A DNA stretch of 64,000 nt from Andalucia godoyi And28 (lineage: Eukaryota > Protista > Jakobida), in the NCBI GenBank assembly GCA_009859145.1, contig VRVR01000010.1, forward strand, positions 285,330 to 349,329, read 5' to 3'. Positions 57,960 through 64,000 of this stretch are shown here, one piece after another. The notes under the pieces were generated by a model. It searched no databases and was not told the origin of the DNA. It was given only the letters and a program-made list of their open reading frames with translations. How positions within the stretch are numbered: position 1 is the stretch's first letter; every line of letters starts with the position of its first letter. Position numbers and translations under genes: made by a program.

Positions 57960-60900
57960 TTTCCCACGTGATTTCCAACTGCGGGATCGATTGGAATGCG
58001 TCGCCAAAAATGTCATGATCACCGTCAAGGTCGCCGTCGTTGTCGGAGACTTGGTGACGTTTTGATGTTTTTGGTGGCGCTGGCAGCGCACTGCGAACCT
58101 GTCGGGCTGCAGAAGAATGTAGTAGACACGCAAAATGCTCCCGTCGTTGCCGATACACTTGCGAAATCGCAATTCGCAGCGAGCTTGCAGAGAACAAATG
58201 TCGAAGCCAGGTCTTCACAATTGCCAGATCATGAGGATTCGTTAGGTCCAGATCTTCGAATATGAACCACGTGTGCGAGAAACGAAACGAGCCATTTTGC
58301 TCGAAGACAGAATCCGAAATCAGCTTTTGCATATTCCTGCGCAAGTCCATGTCTGAGAGAACGTCGTGAAGAATTTGTAGCCGTTCAATCTCGAAGAGGG
58401 TGATGTCCGGAATCGCATTGACTATCTCAGTCTGAGATGGCGACCGATTCAGCTTCGTCTTGAGTTGATCTAACTTTGCGGCATACATGCTGAGCGTCTG
58501 CAGCAAATCTCCTGCGAACAAGATAGCGCAATCCGTTGGTCCGACAGCGAAATCCGAGGAAATCGAAGAAGGCGAGGGTTTCGGTGAGACGCTGGTTACC
58601 ACTGCTGGAGCAGAGGCCGGTATCGGGGCCACTCTGACTGGCTTTTGTGGAGAGAAATCAGCACTATCAAGAATGCGACGCTGCTTGCGCTGTTTGACTC
58701 CTGGACCTGCTTCCGGCCCATTTGGCATTTCAGACATCATCTCTATGAGTACGGCCAGCTTGGAGTCCATATCCAGTCGGACACGATCTGCAAAGGAAGG
58801 ATGCGTGAAGTCAGCCGGTTCCGATGCCTGCTTTCTGACATCGCCCTTTGGAATTCCCAAGATCATGTCCAGAGGTGGCACTTCGTGTTCAATCTGGGCC
58901 TTTTGGCGAACACGGTGCGAGTAACGATGGTTCACCACACCCCTGTCGTCAATCGACAACATTGACCGCGACATCGACATTGACTGGTGTGGGCCTTGAG
59001 AGCGGACGAGCCCCAACTGTGCCTCCAAAACTCGCCGAAGAACGCCCGCTTGTTCGAACCCTAATTCCAGAGTGTTGCATCGTGCCATTTCCAAAAAGCA
59101 TTTCCGCAGTATCCAAAGACAGCGGACATCGGTGAAATCCGTGCCTGCAATAAAGACATCGACACGAGCAGCGCGCAGCGGCGTCGATCCAGTTGACATC
59201 TTCCGACATAGCCGATACGCTGCTGGGAGCATCCAGCTGTTCGAGAACAGCCGATAATGACGTCTGACGAACGACTCCTTCTGTCCCAGCTCCTCTGCGA
59301 TAATCAAAGCTGGAACCTGGTAGTGGGCAGGCAGCGACAAGCGCTCGCGATAGTGATCGACGGCGGACATGATCAGTCGATGTGCATTGACTGCATGCAT
59401 GGACCATGCATCGCTGTCGTCCAGAGATGGATTTTGGAGCAGATGCACCTTCAGATCCTCCAGTGCGGACAGCTCTTCCAGAGGTGGGGTGGCATCAAAG
59501 GATAACGGAGTCGCTGCAATGCGCACTGCGGATTCCCAATCAAAACAATCAAACATCGACATCAATCTCCAGAGAATCATCAAGCGCTTCACCGGATGCG
59601 GAACATCCGATTTGTCGGGCCGCACAAGAATCTGGAGAAACGGATAACTGGAGAGTTTGTATGCCTGCGGTGCATCTCCGTATTTTCCAAACCACTCCAT
59701 GCATGCACAAGCGTACTCTCGAATCACAGGATCTTTCAACAGCAAATAATGTTCGAGCGCCGATTCCGGAGATATGGCGGATAAAAACATTTTGGATATT
59801 ACTGTCGCCAAGACCCGTTCCTCACTGTCGTTCTCGACTGCATTGTGGTCCTTTCTCCATTGTTCGAAGTTGGAGCATGTCGGGATTCTCTGGACCAAGA
59901 ACGCGACAAGATGATGGATCTCGATCATGTTCATATTGGAGACATCGAAGATATCCTGAAAGCGATTCTGATGCAAACAAAACGCTGATTCTCCAAATTT
60001 GTTGTCTGCGGATCGCTTTCGATTCGACTCCTGGAGCACATGGGAAGAGACCTTGGAGGGACTGTACGGGACACTAATGACCGGTCTACCTGCAGTAGCA
60101 TCGATACTTCCTTTGGGTTCCACTTTGGATTCCGGTTGAGAAAGCGCCGCCTCATCTCGCAGCATCTTTTGTTTCTCTGCTGCTTCGCGCTCTACACAGG
60201 CCCGGAACGAACGAGAAAGCCATTCCAATTTATCAGACGGAGACGCGTCGTCAAAGGCCGAAGCCGAGCATTGATTGAACTTGTCATACAGATCTTGCAG
60301 TAGAACAGCCGATTCGAAAGGGTCCTGCTTCGTGAGGAATGCGAGATGATACGCAGATCGGATTTCGTGCTCAAAGCCGCGGAGTTCCAACATGCAAATG
60401 ATGCTGTTCAGGTTGTCCAGAGACTCGCATGGCCACGACATCAATCGGCAGATGACGTCATCTATCTGATTTTCCATCGCATTATACTTCATTAAAATGT
60501 GGTCTGCAGCAACAGGGCCTGTCGATGGAGACGACATGTCCGATTTCTTCAGCAACACATCGCGCAGCACGTCCAGCATGCTCACAGACGAAAACCTTCC
60601 TATCCGCTCAATCTCTTCTCGGCACTCCGCAATCATTTGTGCCCGACAGTCATCGAATTCTGATGCGGCCGCGTTCACTAATGGAACATGTTCCGGGAAC
60701 AGCCGGTGCGAACGCATAAAGTCATAGGACATGCGCATACCGCGCGCGATTCCAATGATCACATCCAAGTCATCGACATCGGTCAGCGCACCAAGCGTCT
60801 GAAACAGGTGAATTAGAAAGCTGTCTGTCGGAACGTGTCCGTCAGCCGCTGGAGCAATGACAAACCGAAGTTTGAATGCTGACAGCTTATGTGGGACTCG

Positions 60901-61122
60901 GTCGTATTTTCGAGATAATGGGTCGGCGGCTCGTAGAACTTCAGGATTTGCAAACAACTGGAAAGAAATCGAGACGCGCAACAGCCCGATTCGCGACATC
61001 TTGCAGAACTGGTCAAGGTCCATATCAACGTTTCGTTCTCGAAAGGACTCAAATAGCTTCTCATACTCGCGATGAACGTCTGTCATCGACAGATCATTCA
61101 GAAATGCATAAGCATCCCCCAT
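57919..61122 (-). CDS. Hypothetical protein (1067 aa), predicted largely helical
   Basis: Long uninterrupted ORF with protein-like composition; no domain recognised. Confidence 0.75.
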   Translation of the reverse strand: MGDAYAFLNDLSMTDVHREYEKLFESFRERNVDMDLDQFCKMSRIGLLRVSISFQLFANPEVLRAADPLSRKYDRVPHKLSAFKLRFVIAPAADGHVPTDSFLIHLFQTLGALTDVDDLDVIIGIARGMRMSYDFMRSHRLFPEHVPLVNAAASEFDDCRAQMIAECREEIERIGRFSSVSMLDVLRDVLLKKSDMSSPSTGPVAADHILMKYNAMENQIDDVICRLMSWPCESLDNLNSIICMLELRGFEHEIRSAYHLAFLTKQDPFESAVLLQDLYDKFNQCSASAFDDASPSDKLEWLSRSFRACVEREAAEKQKMLRDEAALSQPESKVEPKGSIDATAGRPVISVPYSPSKVSSHVLQESNRKRSADNKFGESAFCLHQNRFQDIFDVSNMNMIEIHHLVAFLVQRIPTCSNFEQWRKDHNAVENDSEERVLATVISKMFLSAISPESALEHYLLLKDPVIREYACACMEWFGKYGDAPQAYKLSSYPFLQILVRPDKSDVPHPVKRLMILWRLMSMFDCFDWESAVRIAATPLSFDATPPLEELSALEDLKVHLLQNPSLDDSDAWSMHAVNAHRLIMSAVDHYRERLSLPAHYQVPALIIAEELGQKESFVRRHYRLFSNSWMLPAAYRLCRKMSTGSTPLRAARVDVFIAGTDFTDVRCLWILRKCFLEMARCNTLELGFEQAGVLRRVLEAQLGLVRSQGPHQSMSMSRSMLSIDDRGVVNHRYSHRVRQKAQIEHEVPPLDMILGIPKGDVRKQASEPADFTHPSFADRVRLDMDSKLAVLIEMMSEMPNGPEAGPGVKQRKQRRILDSADFSPQKPVRVAPIPASAPAVVTSVSPKPSPSSISSDFAVGPTDCAILFAGDLLQTLSMYAAKLDQLKTKLNRSPSQTEIVNAIPDITLFEIERLQILHDVLSDMDLRRNMQKLISDSVFEQNGSFRFSHTWFIFEDLDLTNPHDLAIVKTWLRHLFSASSLRIAISQVYRQRREHFACLLHSSAARQVRSALPAPPKTSKRHQVSDNDGDLDGDHDIFGDAFQSIPQLEITWEIMTEDPRMTCTPS

Positions 61123-61326
61123 TCAGAACGCCCAATTCCAAAAATTTCCGCGTGCTGCCTTGCGTAGTTCCCTCCCCAGAAAAGGCAATCGTGAGAATAA
61201 TACGCACTATACAAAATTACTCCTTGTTTCCAACCTAATACTCCTGTCCGATGATAAAAACAAACCAAAAAATCATACAAAATAAATGCAAAACGCAAAA
61301 CACGCGCACGATACTTTAGGAAAATG

Positions 61327-62531
61327 TTGTGTTGGCCGGTTTTACGCTCTAATTGTATTTTACGACGGTAAAATACGTATTTTCCATGTATTTTACATCA
61401 TTACATCCGGCCCGAAAAACGTATTACAATTATGCGTTTTCCATCGAATGTTAAATGGACCTTCCGCAGCGTATAAATTGCCCGTTCTTGATCGGAAAGC
61501 ATTCAGCGCAGCGTCAGCAACTCATTGCGTGTGTTTTCTTCGTGATTCCGTTCGAAATTGTGCCTCGTAGAGAACGGGCTCGTTTACTATGAGGCTGCTC
61601 GACTACGGTAGGCCGTCCAGAATGGTGGTTCGTTTTCGTCGATTTTTTCTTCTCGACTCCACAGCATTTTTTCGCGTCGACGTCCTTTTGCAGTAGCTGC
61701 AGCTTGCACTTTGACAACGAATTCGTTTTTGCAGGCACTCAGTCGAACGCAGACAGATTCTGATACGATGTGTAGTATTTACTTCAACGTTGCAAATGCC
61801 GAATTACCTTCTACCACGACTGGAAAAGCAGTCGAAGTCAGGATTTCTCATGGTTCGTAGTCTCGGCATGAGACGGAATTGTAACCAATGAGCTGTCTCC
61901 TGCACGGATCCATGAACATCATTCAATGCTTGTCATGCTGTATGATGCATACGCATTGGGTTTGGCCAGGAGGGGCGGCGAAGAACTATCATGGCGACTG
62001 ACACAAGCATTTTGTACCTCCTAATGATGCGCGGCTGATCTTCAGGTTATCGCAAGTGCGAAAGAACTCTGAAGAAGAAAAGGAAGAGTTTTGGAATCCA
62101 CATGATGATTTGGAAATGGGAAAGCTTTTGTTGGCGGAAATCATCCGCTCATCATCCAAACAGGCAGCAGCATAATCTGGGGCCGGGCGGTATGCCGTTT
62201 GTACGGCGAAACTCTGATGCTCGCGGTTCTGCTGTCGCAAACAGCTCGGAAACTGCACCACTTCGACGGTTCTCCTCAGTTTCCTGTGAAAGGTCGAGAA
62301 CAGAACACTTCGTTCATTACACTTAGCGTTGACTGAGCGACAGAGAATGTCGGCCCACCACACACCACCTAAGACGATGCAGATAACGATGTTTACGCAT
62401 TAATTTGTATCAATGCATTGGTTTCGATGACAATATGGTGGGTTTTACGTCATTTTACGTGCATTTTACAGTAAAATACGTATTTTTTACGTACCCCGAC
62501 TTCCAACCCCCGTAAAAAATAGCCAACACTA
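61327..62531 (+). mobile_element. Decayed hAT-like element with imperfect TIRs and symmetric subterminal palindromes
   Basis: Left TTGTGTTGGCCGGTTTTACG versus reverse complement of right end TAGTGTTGGCTATTTTTTACG. AAAATACGTATTTT occurs at 61370-61383 and 62473-62486. Transposase-like scraps RRPFAV...FLQAL and ITFYHDWKSSRSQ. No TSD found. Confidence 0.6.
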
Positions 62532-62743
62532 GTCGGTGGTTTCTCGAATCTCCACCATTTTGCACGTATTTTGGTTCTTTTTTTTAAAGACTGAAAACAA
62601 GAAGAAGAAGAAAAGAAATCAAGGAAAAACAGGATGAGGTGGTGGCTGGTTTGAGATCGTGGGGCGTGTGATCGGATAGAGAAAAGCTGAAAAACGAAGG
62701 AGGAAACGTCTTGGAAAGAACAAAGAGACGAACACTCCCGGGT

Positions 62744-62746
<3 letters not shown>

Positions 62747-62800
<54 letters not shown>
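62747..62800 (+). repeat. (CA)n microsatellite
   Basis: Directly visible, about 27 units. Confidence 0.95.
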
Positions 62801-62802
<2 letters not shown>

Positions 62803-62841
62803 ACGAGTACCTGCAAGTTGGACGCGTGGTCGTTTTCTGAA

Positions 62842-64000
62842 ATGACAAGGATTGTGGATCCATTCTGGAGGCCGCGCCGGTCGATGAACATTTATTTTCC
62901 ATTCTCAGTCTCCAAGCGTATTCCACTGCGAGATTGTCTGTCTGTGGATGAATGTGCGTGGGCAATGTGTAGACATGCGAATAACGTGGTTTTTGGATCG
63001 AAAGCGGGCTGTATCCATATGGTTTCCCGATCGAAAATGATGGATGGACAGCGGTTGGACGGGTGGTCGGCGCCCGGCATTATGTCCACCAGCCGAGTTG
63101 TGCACCGCGGCGGCACGTCGGCAGTTTCCGGGCTTGTGCAGTCTGATCACATCGTGTCGGGTGGTTGGTCGGACGGATCCTGGGCGTTGAGCGACATAGG
63201 ACAAGCAGGCCTGGAAGTGGTCCGACAGGTGCGCAACATTCATGATGGAGTGATACGCTGTCTTTCTCCTGCTCCGAGAAGCCCGCATACTTTCTTGTCG
63301 TGCTCCGAGGACAAGAGAGTCGTCTTGTGGGATGTGCGCATATCGCCGCCGAACCTGGATGTCCTTGGAAGAACGCATCGGCATCCCGTACAAGTTGTGG
63401 CATTTGCACCGCCACATGCAAGTCCGTTGTACGACGATCTGATCATGTCTGTTTGTCGCGGCGGCTCGCTGTTGCTGTGGGACTTGCGAAGCACGCGAAA
63501 AGCTGTTGTGGAATGTGACTTGCACAACTGCTTTCCGTCCTTAGCATCGCCAGATGTTTATGCAAGCGATTTTGACATGTCGTTCAAGGCAGGGATGGTG
63601 GCGCTGCAGATGAGCGATGGGTCCGTTGGGTTTCTCGATTTGATTCCATTGCTTGCCGACGGATTTTGTCGGGATTCCCGCGGTCCTCATTCCGTCCAAC
63701 CGCGCTGCTTTGCGGTGCATTCACAGGCTGCCAACAATCGGAAATGGAAGTTGGGACACATCCGGTTTTTTGCAGATTCAACACTGGTGGCTACGAGCTC
63801 TGAAGACGGCTGCTTACTTGTGTTTGACCCGCTTAGTGGTCGTTTGCGATCCGATATTCAAATCCACGGGAATGCTATTTGGAGCTTTTGCACAGATGAG
63901 GATCATCGATGGGACTCCCAGGACCCCCAGGCAGCGCCAACCGACCCCTTTCTTTTATATTCGTGCAGCGAAGATTCGACAATTGCAGCCGTGAATGTCT
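62842..64000 (+). CDS. WD40-repeat protein, 3'-truncated by the window end
   Basis: Hand translation from ATG 62842 is open to the end, with HDGVIRCL...FLSCSEDKRVVLWD, LLLWDLR, ATSSEDGCLLVFD and LYSCSEDSTI. It is absent from the ORF track because there is no stop in the window. Confidence 0.85.
   Translation, partial: MTRIVDPFWRPRRSMNIYFPFSVSKRIPLRDCLSVDECAWAMCRHANNVVFGSKAGCIHMVSRSKMMDGQRLDGWSAPGIMSTSRVVHRGGTSAVSGLVQSDHIVSGGWSDGSWALSDIGQAGLEVVRQVRNIHDGVIRCLSPAPRSPHTFLSCSEDKRVVLWDVRISPPNLDVLGRTHRHPVQVVAFAPPHASPLYDDLIMSVCRGGSLLLWDLRSTRKAVVECDLHNCFPSLASPDVYASDFDMSFKAGMVALQMSDGSVGFLDLIPLLADGFCRDSRGPHSVQPRCFAVHSQAANNRKWKLGHIRFFADSTLVATSSEDGCLLVFDPLSGRLRSDIQIHGNAIWSFCTDEDHRWDSQDPQAAPTDPFLLYSCSEDSTIAAVNV

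Overview
Gene-dense, apparently intron-free nuclear DNA of a flagellated single-celled eukaryote, read in the standard code (long CDSs end in TAA, TAG or TGA). The taxon cannot be fixed from this window. Recognisable genes in order: GPR107/108-like 7TM protein, beta-tubulin, tRNA-Val(CAC), a 4193-aa DNAH1-type inner-arm dynein heavy chain, a stand-alone Yvh1/DUSP12-type Zn-binding domain, a bacterial-type PRTase (PRTase_3/ComF-like), a stand-alone REV1-type BRCT protein, an Argonaute/Piwi with intact DEDH tetrad and an RDYDR-repeat N-terminus, transketolase, a CLU-domain protein, WDR47-like, rhomboid, prefoldin 2, ARPC5, an arrestin-fold protein, LIN9/ALY, Nup98-Nup96, an NSUN-family m5C methyltransferase, a partial WD40 protein and several hypothetical proteins, one with a PD-(D/E)XK nuclease-like motif. 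The most unusual stretch is 21.7-32.3 kb. Two degenerate Fanzor/TnpB fragments in opposite orientation appear to be complementary halves of one internally deleted element split by a ~2.6 kb inversion. They bracket the Yvh1-like and PRTase genes and a hairpin-rich candidate ncRNA, and are followed by a decayed hAT transposon ending ~240 bp upstream of the Argonaute. A second decayed hAT-like element lies at 61.3-62.5 kb. All family assignments come from motif recognition by eye; no database searches were run.
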